DNA of 64,000 nt from a virus (lineage: Duplodnaviria; Heunggongvirae; Uroviricota; Caudoviricetes): the IMG/VR virus record IMGVR_UViG_3300036768_001066; one strand, 5' to 3'. A model generated the notes under the pieces. The model searched no databases and had not been told where the DNA came from. It was given only the letters and a program-made list of their open reading frames with translations. This document shows, piece by piece, positions 1 to 9,439 of this stretch; position 1 is the stretch's first letter, and each line of letters starts with the position of its first letter. A program made the translations under genes and the position numbers.

Positions 1-200
1 GATGGACATGCGCACGTCGGATTCCTCCTTGGTGTAGATCTCCTGCTTGAACTTGTTGAGACTTGCGTCGAGCGTGTCAACATCCTTGCGGATTTTGCTC
101 ACCTCCTTTGACGTGTTGCACCCGTTGCACCCGTTGATCATAGACATGACCGCAAGGACATAAATAGCGTAGACGACGTACTTGTTGAGTTTGTCAAACA
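1..200 (-). CDS. Partial CDS (C-terminus outside window), small membrane/lipoprotein-like protein; N-terminus MFDKLNKYVVYAIYVLAVMSMINGCNGC
   Basis: ATG at 200..198 on minus strand, open frame to window edge; hydrophobic segment followed by Cys. Confidence 0.35.
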
Positions 201-204
201 TAGC

Positions 205-468
205 TTATGATTTTAGTTGTTTAATATCCATTGCCTTCAACTCAAGCTCGTTCTCAAGGGTATTGCGCACGTGCGCGAGGAACGTGCCAACGAGCTCCTC
301 GAGCTTAGCCTGGTTGACGCTGGAGAGATAATCGAAATCGACCTCGCCGAGCACGGGCTCTAAGGCCCGTGCCGTGCTAACGTCGAACGAATCCTTGATG
401 ACGCCATTTATGACGTCCATCTCGCCCACTGTCTTCTTGAGCAGCTCGAATGTGGTCTTGTCAACCAT
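205..468 (-). CDS. Hypothetical protein (87 aa)
   Basis: ORF track; start immediately follows stop of upstream gene. Confidence 0.5.
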   Translation of the reverse strand: MVDKTTFELLKKTVGEMDVINGVIKDSFDVSTARALEPVLGEVDFDYLSSVNQAKLEELVGTFLAHVRNTLENELELKAMDIKQLKS

Positions 469-984
469 TTACTCTTCCTCTTCTTTTTTCTCCACGGGCG
501 CCGCGAGGTCTATGCCTTGTTCGGCAGCAGCGAGCTCGTGCTCGAGCTTTATCTGCTGGCGAGTGTCCGCCTGCCTCATCTTTAGTCCCTCGTTAACCGA
601 GCGAACCATGCGCAAATACTTAGCGCTCGATTCCCTGCCCTTGCCTTCCACCTTCGATAAGAAGTAGTGAAGTGCCTCGACTTCAAGACCGTTGAGGTAG
701 AACACCCCATTCTTTATCTCGCCAAGGTCGTTGAACCTATTGGTCAGTTCTTCCACTCCAAGGGCTTCCATGGCCTTCCACTGTGCCTCGTTCTCGATGA
801 ACCATTTGATCTCAGAGACTAAAGAATAGTCTCCAGGCAGAGCGTACAGCTTGTTCTTTATCTCCTTCTTGAACGACTCGAGTGCGTCGGCCGCGAGTTT
901 AACTTTGGCCTGGTCCACGACCGGAGCCTTGATGTCATCCTTTTGCTCCTCTGGAGCCACGATGTTTTCTTTTTTGTTTTCCAT
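469..984 (-). CDS. Hypothetical acidic protein (171 aa)
   Basis: ORF track; ATATATAA promoter-like motif upstream. Confidence 0.55.
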   Translation of the reverse strand: MENKKENIVAPEEQKDDIKAPVVDQAKVKLAADALESFKKEIKNKLYALPGDYSLVSEIKWFIENEAQWKAMEALGVEELTNRFNDLGEIKNGVFYLNGLEVEALHYFLSKVEGKGRESSAKYLRMVRSVNEGLKMRQADTRQQIKLEHELAAAEQGIDLAAPVEKKEEEE

Positions 985-1001
985 TGTTTTCTTGTTGCTT
1001 T

Positions 1002-1011
1002 TTATATATCT
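1002..1011 (-). promoter_or_regulatory. Promoter-like motif AGATATATAA upstream of gene 469..984
   Basis: Recurrent (A/G)ATATATAA(A/T) element 20-50 nt upstream of start codons; resembles the T4 late promoter TATAAATA. Confidence 0.4.
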
Positions 1012-1013
1012 GT

Positions 1014-1829
1014 TTAAACTGCCCGTTCCTTGGCTATCTTGGACTCAAAATCTATCCATTCTGGTGTCCGGTGGAACTGTTCCTTGTAGTACAGGAACTC
1101 TTTGAGATAGTGCTTCATGCCGGGTCCGTGTTCCGGGTCGTCGTTCAGAGGCACCACCACCTTCTGGATCTCGTTGTTGTCCTCGTTGGCTATGAGTATC
1201 TCGCCTCTCGACGGCACTACCTTGTACATCTCAGCGTACTTGAACATGTAGCAAGCTATCTGCATACGGTACGAGTCTATCTCGTCCGGGTCCTTCTTGA
1301 TCCTCGATGACTTAAAGTCAGCTATCACGTGATTACCATCGAAATCCTCGTACACGAAATCGGAAGCTCCGGCCCAGCCGCCCTTGAAGAACGTGTACAT
1401 GAACACCTCGTTGTGAAGTACATTCTTTATCGGATTTATCCACGTCTCGTTGTGGTAGAAATTGTAAAACAGCTCACGGCCTATCCTGACCGCGCGTGCC
1501 TTCTCCGTTATCAGGTCGTCGAACTCCTTGGTCTCTGATATGTACGTCTGCGTGTGCTTCAACGCAGCTGCCTTATCTTTGTGCACCCCATAGTGTCCAA
1601 GGAACTCCTCGAGCCACTTGTGCATCACGGTACCCCTGTCGGCCGCGCGCTGCATGGCCAACTTGTACTTCTCATCACCGAGCGACTCGCGTATCTCGTC
1701 GTACTTCGGCGTGGGTTTCATCTTGAGTATTGTGGTAACTGACGGCAGGAAATGAGACTCTCCACCACTGGTGACCTTGTAGCATCGCCCGAATGGCAAA
1801 CCGTCAATTCTATCTATTGTAACATTCAT
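1014..1829 (-). CDS. PD-(D/E)xK nuclease, Cas4/RecB-like exonuclease family
   Basis: GTVMHKWLE ... DFK ... YRMQIACY (QxxxY) motif pattern typical of RecB-like nuclease domains. Confidence 0.55.
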   Translation of the reverse strand: MNVTIDRIDGLPFGRCYKVTSGGESHFLPSVTTILKMKPTPKYDEIRESLGDEKYKLAMQRAADRGTVMHKWLEEFLGHYGVHKDKAAALKHTQTYISETKEFDDLITEKARAVRIGRELFYNFYHNETWINPIKNVLHNEVFMYTFFKGGWAGASDFVYEDFDGNHVIADFKSSRIKKDPDEIDSYRMQIACYMFKYAEMYKVVPSRGEILIANEDNNEIQKVVVPLNDDPEHGPGMKHYLKEFLYYKEQFHRTPEWIDFESKIAKERAV

Positions 1830-2105
1830 CCTTCTGGGTACGATTTTGTTTTTATACCCAGGATGAAGTGGTTTGTTTCAAAGTTGCCTCGAGTATCTCT
1901 GTGACCGGAGTCGTCAGCCGGTAGTCCTGGCTGGAGTAGCTGCGCGCCGTAGCCGAACCGACGAGCACCGAGCACCCAACTTAGGCTTGCTTCCCTCTAT
2001 ATCGGCATCTGTGTGTGTTGTGCAATTTGACTATGTCTCGGCGTACGTCTTCCGAAGTCTTCCACCTTGCCTCGAGGGAAAGATCCGTTGATTCTTCGAA
2101 ATTCG

Positions 2106-2591
2106 TCAGAACGCCCACTCGAAAAATTTCTTCACGTAATCGAACACGTCGAACACGTAACCGAGGCCCTTGGAGAACAACCCGAACCTGAGCTGTAGCC
2201 AGAGCACCAGCAACGCACCGAGAACCCGCCACATCACGTACCCTAACGATAGGTCCCTGAATAATGGAAGATACTTTACGCCGTACGCGTACTCGCCTTT
2301 CTCTTTATTTATTAGGTTCTCTACACGGGGTGTGACCACCTCCTGAAGATTGAGAGACGCCAGGTAGTTGTTTATAGGCATCATCATCTCCATGACGTAT
2401 ACCGAGTGGTACTGCTCTTCCGATTCAAATACTTCAGGAGGCAGGTTTATCACCGTGTATATGATGCCGAAGTATCCAACCGATAAGTTGTGTTTCTTCC
2501 ACTCCGGAGTGTTCTTATTCTTGCGTATAACACCCTTGATGTAATAGTAATTACGAATGTCCTTAATCGCTCCGCGTAATCTGTTGAACAT
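2106..2591 (-). CDS. Hypothetical membrane protein (161 aa)
   Basis: ORF track; hydrophobic C-terminal segments. Confidence 0.4.
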   Translation of the reverse strand: MFNRLRGAIKDIRNYYYIKGVIRKNKNTPEWKKHNLSVGYFGIIYTVINLPPEVFESEEQYHSVYVMEMMMPINNYLASLNLQEVVTPRVENLINKEKGEYAYGVKYLPLFRDLSLGYVMWRVLGALLVLWLQLRFGLFSKGLGYVFDVFDYVKKFFEWAF

Positions 2592-2596
2592 GTTAT

Positions 2597-3385
2597 TTAA
2601 AGTTCTTTTTGATACAGCACATAATTAACATAAGGCCTCACCGCGTTTGGCACCGCGTTCAAAGCTCGCGGAAGACTGTCACCCATCGCATAACCCGCAA
2701 GCGCCATCTCCCAGGCTCCCATCTCGTCGCGTCCTCGCCCGATCCAGTAATTGAACTTCTTGGCAAGCACCTCCGCCCCAATCGTCAGATTGTTCAACGC
2801 TGACTTACCACCCTTGAGCTTCATCGCCGAGTAGAAGTGGTCGAACGTAGTCGGCATAGTCTGACAATAGCCGAAAGCACCAGAGGACTTATTTACTGCA
2901 GACGAATCGAACCTCGATTCGTGGTATATAACCCTCAAGAAGATATTAAGCGGGATCTTCTTGTCCTCCGACAATTTTGCAATAGCCTTCAGATGATCCT
3001 CGCTCACCCTCTCCGGTACGATTATGCCGGTCTCCTTATACATCTTGTACCTCAGGTACTCATCAGATACACGGAACGAGTCCTCGACCTGATTGTACAC
3101 GTACCTGTAAGCATTGTCCAGCAGATAATCTACCTTATTATAGGCCGCATTCAGCTCCATGTTTCGCTCGTCGAGCTTGCCCCTCACATACATAACATCT
3201 ATGGCCATGGCGAATATGAAATAGGAGAGGAGCCCGTACATGCACCATTTAAGGTCGTAGCTCCTCTTCCTGAACTCTGGGAACAAAATGTAGTTAGCCA
3301 GGGCCAATATCTGACGGTCCACCCAGTTAGGTGATCCGGCCTGCATAAGAATCCTATTGTACTGATTTTCCACTAACTTTCTCAT
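2597..3385 (-). CDS. Lytic transglycosylase (SLT domain)
   Basis: ESRFDSSAVNKSSGAFGYCQTMPTTF matches the SLT catalytic-Glu plus G-[LY]-MQ motif. Confidence 0.75.
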   Translation of the reverse strand: MRKLVENQYNRILMQAGSPNWVDRQILALANYILFPEFRKRSYDLKWCMYGLLSYFIFAMAIDVMYVRGKLDERNMELNAAYNKVDYLLDNAYRYVYNQVEDSFRVSDEYLRYKMYKETGIIVPERVSEDHLKAIAKLSEDKKIPLNIFLRVIYHESRFDSSAVNKSSGAFGYCQTMPTTFDHFYSAMKLKGGKSALNNLTIGAEVLAKKFNYWIGRGRDEMGAWEMALAGYAMGDSLPRALNAVPNAVRPYVNYVLYQKEL

Positions 3386-3463
3386 AGCTCTGAAGATTTT
3401 TGTTTAATCAAAGATACTAAATAGATAACAGAAATAAAAGTAATTAGGAAAAGTTATCAGCTC

Positions 3464-4156
3464 TCAGATTCCTGCGTTCCAGGCCTTCTTCTTAGATTTC
3501 CTCTTGGACTTGCGGTCGCCGAGGTTGGCCATCTGCATTATTTTCTCCCTGGCACGAATAATCCTGGTCTTGACGGTGTTAAGCTCAAGACCGTATTTTG
3601 CGGCTATCTCCTCGTACTGCATCTCGTGGACCTCCCTGTCAATTATGATGTCCTTGTAGTGCGCGGGCAGTTTGTTCATCTGTTCCATCACGCTCTGGTA
3701 CAACGCGTCAGTAACGTCTTCTGGAGATAACATCGGGTCTATCTCGTCTGGCATTGAGATCAGTCCCTCATGATCGATACCGTTATCGATGAGCATGAAG
3801 TCCGGCGAATCCTCAAAGCTGCTGCCTATAAACTTCACGCAGTTCTCGAGCGATACTGTCGAGAGCTGCTTCTTCTTGCGTATGTACTGCATGGCCTCGT
3901 TGCGAGTGACGCGGTATGCCCACGTCGAAAAGCACCAGCACGGCTTGTACGTGTCTATTCTCGACCACATCTTTACGAATGCGTCGGCCACCACGTCGTT
4001 AGCGGCGTCGAGGTCTTTGAGAATGTTGTTTGCGTAGTTGGTCAGTCCAGGGCGTATCCTCTCGAATAAGTTTCTGAAGTCCCTCTCACTCCTCGTCTCG
4101 ATGTACTTAAGCGCGAGCTCATTTATCGAGACCAATCTGATCTCTAAATTCTCCAT
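3464..4156 (-). CDS. ECF-type (group 4) RNA polymerase sigma factor
   Basis: Region 2 FSTWAYRVTRNEAMQYIRK and region 4 HTH EIAAKYGLELNTVKTRIIRAREKI; basic C-terminal tail. Confidence 0.7.
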   Translation of the reverse strand: MENLEIRLVSINELALKYIETRSERDFRNLFERIRPGLTNYANNILKDLDAANDVVADAFVKMWSRIDTYKPCWCFSTWAYRVTRNEAMQYIRKKKQLSTVSLENCVKFIGSSFEDSPDFMLIDNGIDHEGLISMPDEIDPMLSPEDVTDALYQSVMEQMNKLPAHYKDIIIDREVHEMQYEEIAAKYGLELNTVKTRIIRAREKIMQMANLGDRKSKRKSKKKAWNAGI

Positions 4157-4168
4157 TGAAATTGTCTT

Positions 4169-4459
4169 TTAATTTTTGTACGAACCTAATGTTAAGCGCA
4201 CCAGTAGAATGAAACACAAAGATTGCCAGTAATCCAGCGGGTACTCTGGAACCACAACGCCGGCCAGTAACTTCACAACGAGAGCCTCTCCAAATAAGGA
4301 CAGCACCGCTACGAGCAAGCGAGTGAGCGCTTTCGCGATACCCTGTTTATGCTCTGCTATTGCCTGTTCCTTAATCTCCTTTGGCGTTGGTTGGTTTGAC
4401 TCCGAGCCATTGCCCTGTACGGCCTTAACCGAATTGAGTAAGTCATTAAATTGCTTCAT
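4169..4459 (-). CDS. Small membrane protein (96 aa)
   Basis: ORF track; C-terminal transmembrane stretches. Confidence 0.4.
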   Translation of the reverse strand: MKQFNDLLNSVKAVQGNGSESNQPTPKEIKEQAIAEHKQGIAKALTRLLVAVLSLFGEALVVKLLAGVVVPEYPLDYWQSLCFILLVRLTLGSYKN

Positions 4460-4461
4460 GA

Positions 4462-5040
4462 TTATATGTGTATGTTTGTTTTCTTAATAGTGTAAGTGTT
4501 CTCGATGTGTAGCTCAAGCTGGTCCACTCGCACACCGTTGTTTCTCAGGAAGTCGATCCCTGCGACATCGGAGTGCTCCTTATCATAAACCACACGTGAT
4601 ATTTTAGAACGGAGAATGAGCTTGCTGCAGTCCCGACACGGGGATAGTGTTATGTACAGGGTAGCGCCCTCGCACGAGTTTGGTGTGTTTGTGAGCTTGA
4701 GAATGGCGTTGGCTTCTGCGTGTATGACCTCCCACTTGGTCTCGCCTGCTGCATCCTCGCAGCAGTTGTCCATACCGGACGGAGTGCCGTTGAAACCGTC
4801 GGATATTATCATGTTATCCTTTACGATTAACGCGCCTACCTGCTTGCGCTTGCAGTGAGAGTTCTCGGCCCATACGTGGGCCATCCTCATATATGAGATG
4901 TCATATTTAGCTGATTTCATCAGAGTCTTCCTTGGGGATTTATTATACCGCACAGATACGAAATGTTTCGGCTCTGTTGTTTTGTGGGTTTCGGAAGGCC
5001 TCTGTGGGCCCGGAGTTGCAGACAGAATATCTACGCACAT
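4462..5040 (-). CDS. dCMP deaminase (cytidine/deoxycytidylate deaminase family)
   Basis: HAEANAI ... PCRDCSKLI zinc-binding H-A-E / P-C-x-x-C motifs. Confidence 0.85.
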   Translation of the reverse strand: MCVDILSATPGPQRPSETHKTTEPKHFVSVRYNKSPRKTLMKSAKYDISYMRMAHVWAENSHCKRKQVGALIVKDNMIISDGFNGTPSGMDNCCEDAAGETKWEVIHAEANAILKLTNTPNSCEGATLYITLSPCRDCSKLILRSKISRVVYDKEHSDVAGIDFLRNNGVRVDQLELHIENTYTIKKTNIHI

Positions 5041-5094
5041 CCGAACGATCTAATATAACAAGAAATGTTCCTCCGAAGATGGAAGTGGAATAAA

Positions 5095-8000
5095 TTATTT
5101 ATCGGTGACCTTAAGCGTGCCACTGAGTTTAGTATCTATGTCCTCGAGCATATTCAACTTATTCAATTTAGTTAAAATATCTTCGAGCAACTGCTCCATA
5201 CGGGCAGTCGAACCTGTAGCAATTGGTGCGGTGCCTGGATTGGCAGGAGTTTTAGTGTTGGTTACATTCTTAGTTCCACTTTGGTTCGTATTTGAAGTAG
5301 GTGCAGGCGTCGGTGGGGTAGGTGGCGTCTGCTTCTTCTCGCCGTTCTTCTCGTAAATGTACTGGATGAGCATCTTGCCCTTATCCGATAGCGCGTTGAG
5401 CGCGTTAGGATCGGCCTTCGCGAACGTGGTGAGCGACTGGATGAGCATGGTCGAGTTCTTCAGCGTCATCTGGTCCATCTTCTTGAACGTCGCGCCAAAC
5501 TTGTCCATGGTCTTAGCTATCTTGTCGAACGACTTGGCGAGCCTGTCCATAGGGTCGGCAGTTCCGGCCAGACGCTCTATGTACTCTACGGCCTTCTGGA
5601 AGTGTGAGTAATCGGTATCCGGCTTTATAGATGAGAACGCGCCGATGAGTTGCGTCACGGCGTTGCTTATTATCGCGCCTTCCTTGTCCGTTATCTTCTT
5701 CTCGGCAACCTTAGCGAGGGCATCTATGATGGAACCGATAGCGTCCATCATGTTGGAAATAGAGGCGCCGGTCTTCATTAGAGAAGCCCTGTTCTTGTCT
5801 ATTATCTCAGCCGCACCAAGCATGGCCTGCGGTATGAGAATGAGCGTGCGCTTGATGTTCTGCTCGACAACATCAAAGTTCTGTACGGTGGCCACGGATT
5901 GCACCATCTGTGCGATACCGTTGAGGTCGCCAGATACGCCCGCGATCGCTTGCTTGCCTTTCTCTATGTCGGAATCCACGAACCAGCCGGACTGTGCGGC
6001 TTCGCCGGAACCAATCTCTCCGAGAGCGCTTGTCACGGACCTGATCATCGCAACTATGTTACGATAAACCGAGCCGCCCTTCTCGAGCATCTTAGGGTCT
6101 ATGGTGGTCTTGCCAATTTCTTTGCCGTCCTTGTCGTAGATAGGGAACGTCAGGTTGGCGGCCTTCTGCACGAAGTCCGCGAGGCCGACGAGGTCTTGTC
6201 CTATCCCGCGGATAGCGTCGGCACCCTTCTCTCCGTCGCTCTTGCTGAACCATCCAACTTCGCCCTGTCCCTTTCCTATCTCGGTCAGCGTTCCCACGAC
6301 GGCGTTGATTATCTTCTTCATGTTGACGGACACCTGGTCGAATGTCTTGTCACCAATTGTTATGTACGAGGTAACGTTACCGTTTTTATCGTAAATAGGT
6401 ATCTTGAGCTCCGCCATCTTGGCGACGCCGTCCGCTATAGACGAAAGAACATTGCCGACATCCGACACGGCCTCTATGCCGTCCTCTACATCGTCCCAGT
6501 CAACGGACTCCCCGTTGCCAACGTTTATCAAGCACTCGGCAACTGTCGTCAACACGGTGGTGACCATGTCGCCAATCTTGTTGATGTCTATATTCTTCTC
6601 GACTATCTGGACAAACTTGGACAAGCCTGTACCTATTGTGATGAGCCCGATACCCGCCATTATCCACGCCGGCACCGCGGCGTAGAGCTCCATCAATCTG
6701 AATGGACCCATTACCATACCATCTATGATGGCGTCGAGCGTGTATTCAAAGTTGGATACGTCCGGGTCCGTAGCGCTCGGCTTGAACAGTCCTGAGTCCT
6801 TAGTCTTCTTCCATACGAGGTTGAACAATGCTATACCGCCAGCGAGCGTTACGAGGGACACGGACGCTACTATCAAAGCAACGGCGCCGAGCATCATGAA
6901 CACCGACTTCACTGGGTTGATGTAGAACGCCTCGACCACGCTTCCGACCACGAAGTCGAGGTTGGTCTGGTAATCCTCGTTGGTGCTCTTGGCGAGGACA
7001 CCGTCCATCGCCTTCTTGTAGAGCGCGTTCATTACGAATAAACCGCCAGCGAGTGTCACGAGAGCTATCGATGCGAACATCAAGGCGACGGCTCCTATCA
7101 TCATGAACACGGCCTTTACCGGGTTGATGAAGAACGCGTCCACAACGCTGCCTATGACAATGTCGAGGTTCGTCTGTTCCGGATCCGCCGTTGATGGAGC
7201 GAGTATTCCGTCCATGGCCTTAACGTACATAGTGTTCATGACAGCGAGACCGGCGGACAACGATATGAGAGCGACTCCGGCAACTATCAATGCGACGGCT
7301 CCGAGCAATATCAGTGGAGACAACAGTCCAGCGAGCATAAATGCACCTGCGGTGACCGCGACGGCTCCGCCCGCTGCGAGATAATCCGCAGTCTCTATTC
7401 CAAACAACCTGAACGCACCAATGCCGAGCGCGAGCGCTATGAGCGCGAGACCTGCCATCGCGAGAGGTATGACACCGGCTTCTATGAGAGAGCCGAATAT
7501 ACCGGCTATACCGAACGCAATACCGAGTATCGCGACGGCTCCGGCTGCCACGAGCACAGTGCCGAACGAAATATTGAACGCCTGGAATATAGCAAGACCT
7601 ATGCCCAATGCTATTATGGCGAGACCCATCCAAGCTACGGCTTTTGCACTCTTCTGTATCGGGTCGGCAAATTCGCTTATTATGTAAAATGTTATGCCGA
7701 ATAGTGCGAGTGCGCCTACGACTATCAAGCTGGCTACTGCGAGGTCCTTCCAGCTTCCGCCTACCAGCGTTTTTGTTATCCAGAGCGCGAGCCCGAACGA
7801 TGCGATGGCGAGGCCCATCCATGCTACAGCTTTGGCCCCCGCGTCGATCGCAGGTGCGGCCTTTCCTATTAGACTGAACACGTATGCGAACGCCGCTATT
7901 GTAGGTATGACTATGAGCGCGCCAAGCGCGGCTATTAAGTACACAGGCGCCGCGAGCGCGAGCGTCAATCCGAATATAGCAATAGCACCGGCCATCGATG

Positions 8001-8457
8001 ATAAGCCTTCTGCGCCCTCTTGTATTTTCTTTCCGTCTATCTTGGCGAGTTGTTCCGCAAGCTTGACTATAAGGTCGACCATCGAGGTCATAACCTTCTG
8101 CGGAACTATCATGAATTTTATACCAGCCTTGGCGAAGTCGAGCAACCCCTTCGAGAAAACGGTCAGACCCTCTCCCATGGCCTTCAGGTTGTCGCCGGTA
8201 TCTTTACTGATCTTGCCGAGCCCTCCGAGGGATGAGAGCATGCTTGATCCCTTACCACCGCCTCCTGCTTTTTCACCGCCGCCACCGCCGCCAGCCTTCT
8301 TTAGAAGTTGTTCGAGCTTGTCCACGAACGCGCCGAGTATGGTGTTCTGTGTGGATACGGCCGTCTCGAGGTTCTCGACGAGAGCCTCCATGGAACGTGC
8401 CGAATCCGCCATCATCTTGGCGGAGGACGCTATTATGTTCAGTGACTTGTTTGTCAT
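5095..8457 (-). CDS. Large multi-TM repeat protein (1120 aa), putative tail tape measure / membrane-interacting ejection protein
   Basis: Downstream of sheath, tube and small genes; N-terminal coiled region with poly-Gly; many hydrophobic helices; ~65-aa tandem repeats (INPVK..FMM..ALYKKAMDG) and ~90-aa repeats (PIYDK.GK..); C-terminal TPPTPPTPAPT linker. Confidence 0.45.
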   Translation of the reverse strand: MTNKSLNIIASSAKMMADSARSMEALVENLETAVSTQNTILGAFVDKLEQLLKKAGGGGGGEKAGGGGKGSSMLSSLGGLGKISKDTGDNLKAMGEGLTVFSKGLLDFAKAGIKFMIVPQKVMTSMVDLIVKLAEQLAKIDGKKIQEGAEGLSSMAGAIAIFGLTLALAAPVYLIAALGALIVIPTIAAFAYVFSLIGKAAPAIDAGAKAVAWMGLAIASFGLALWITKTLVGGSWKDLAVASLIVVGALALFGITFYIISEFADPIQKSAKAVAWMGLAIIALGIGLAIFQAFNISFGTVLVAAGAVAILGIAFGIAGIFGSLIEAGVIPLAMAGLALIALALGIGAFRLFGIETADYLAAGGAVAVTAGAFMLAGLLSPLILLGAVALIVAGVALISLSAGLAVMNTMYVKAMDGILAPSTADPEQTNLDIVIGSVVDAFFINPVKAVFMMIGAVALMFASIALVTLAGGLFVMNALYKKAMDGVLAKSTNEDYQTNLDFVVGSVVEAFYINPVKSVFMMLGAVALIVASVSLVTLAGGIALFNLVWKKTKDSGLFKPSATDPDVSNFEYTLDAIIDGMVMGPFRLMELYAAVPAWIMAGIGLITIGTGLSKFVQIVEKNIDINKIGDMVTTVLTTVAECLINVGNGESVDWDDVEDGIEAVSDVGNVLSSIADGVAKMAELKIPIYDKNGNVTSYITIGDKTFDQVSVNMKKIINAVVGTLTEIGKGQGEVGWFSKSDGEKGADAIRGIGQDLVGLADFVQKAANLTFPIYDKDGKEIGKTTIDPKMLEKGGSVYRNIVAMIRSVTSALGEIGSGEAAQSGWFVDSDIEKGKQAIAGVSGDLNGIAQMVQSVATVQNFDVVEQNIKRTLILIPQAMLGAAEIIDKNRASLMKTGASISNMMDAIGSIIDALAKVAEKKITDKEGAIISNAVTQLIGAFSSIKPDTDYSHFQKAVEYIERLAGTADPMDRLAKSFDKIAKTMDKFGATFKKMDQMTLKNSTMLIQSLTTFAKADPNALNALSDKGKMLIQYIYEKNGEKKQTPPTPPTPAPTSNTNQSGTKNVTNTKTPANPGTAPIATGSTARMEQLLEDILTKLNKLNMLEDIDTKLSGTLKVTDK

Positions 8458-8560
8458 CTAAATTATTCCTTGACTATTTCTGCGAGCGTTATTATGCTTG
8501 TAGTATCATCGTCATCACCGATATTAGTGTACAACATGAACTCACCCTTCTGCATATACA

Positions 8561-8950
8561 CTACTGAGTAACCACCAATGAACGTGCCGCAGTCTCTCTG
8601 GCAACTACTCTCCATCCCTTGGATTTAAGTTTGTCGACTATCTTCTCAGAAGGCACGTACGTCGTTGTCGTCTCGACCACTATGGATGGACCATTAGCGT
8701 AAAGGTTGAACTCGGCCTTGGAATTGCCTACAGTGTAATGCTGCGCCTTCTTGGCGTTTATATTGGCAAAGTCTATGTCGAGGCCCTCGAGGTCCTTGTG
8801 CAGTTCATCGGTGGACGGCTTGCTCTTCAGATAGAGCACCACATATTCCGGCTTCCCAGCGAGCGCGTGAATGCTCATCTGACGAACCTTGTCTTCAGCC
8901 TGTTCGTCCTTCTTTACGTCGAACGTTTCGAACAATTTTAAGTGCTTCAT
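8561..8950 (-). CDS. Hypothetical protein (129 aa)
   Basis: ORF track; promoter-like motif upstream and terminator further upstream. Confidence 0.45.
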   Translation of the reverse strand: MKHLKLFETFDVKKDEQAEDKVRQMSIHALAGKPEYVVLYLKSKPSTDELHKDLEGLDIDFANINAKKAQHYTVGNSKAEFNLYANGPSIVVETTTTYVPSEKIVDKLKSKGWRVVARETAARSLVVTQ

Positions 8951-8973
8951 CTGGTATACGGATACTATTTACT

Positions 8974-8983
8974 TATATATCCG
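8974..8983 (-). promoter_or_regulatory. Promoter-like motif GGATATATAA upstream of gene 8561..8950
   Basis: Same recurrent motif. Confidence 0.4.
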
Positions 8984-8993
8984 TGAAATAAAA

Positions 8994-9014
8994 AGCCCCG
9001 ACATAATCGGGGCT
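8994..9014 (-). terminator. Rho-independent terminator
   Basis: AGCCCCG-ATTATGT-CGGGGCT hairpin plus T-run on minus strand. Confidence 0.55.
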
Positions 9015-9018
9015 CTTA

Positions 9019-9366
9019 TCATTTAGGCATTCTGAAAGATGGCATTGAGACTTTAGGCGCAGCGCCCTGGGCTTTTTTGAGGAACCCATCGGCCGATTTC
9101 TGAGGATTGAACTGCTGGTTCATCATCTCCTTGCCTTGCTTGTCTTCGGCTTGCTGTTTCTTCTTGAGAACTTCGGCCAGCCTTTCCACATAAATCTCGT
9201 ACTCCCAATACGGCCAGTTGTTAACCTCGCTTGGCGAAACCCGGAGGTGATACATCAGGCCAAACTGCACGTTGACGAGATTCTCGATGTCGACCTGGAA
9301 CAACGAGAGCATGCTCTGTTGGTTCTCGGGGTCGTCCCACTGTCCCATCTGATTCTGGAATTCCAT
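9019..9366 (-). CDS. Hypothetical protein; start placed at MEFQNQMGQWDD
   Basis: ORF 9019..9525 upstream part looks non-coding and overlaps the preceding gene; terminator follows the stop. Confidence 0.4.
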   Translation of the reverse strand: MEFQNQMGQWDDPENQQSMLSLFQVDIENLVNVQFGLMYHLRVSPSEVNNWPYWEYEIYVERLAEVLKKKQQAEDKQGKEMMNQQFNPQKSADGFLKKAQGAAPKVSMPSFRMPK

Positions 9367-9439
9367 GATGTTCTCAATATCCCTCCTCGTGGAATACAGC
9401 AGACAGCGTATCGATTCCGTGCTCGGCTGGTCCGAGGTA

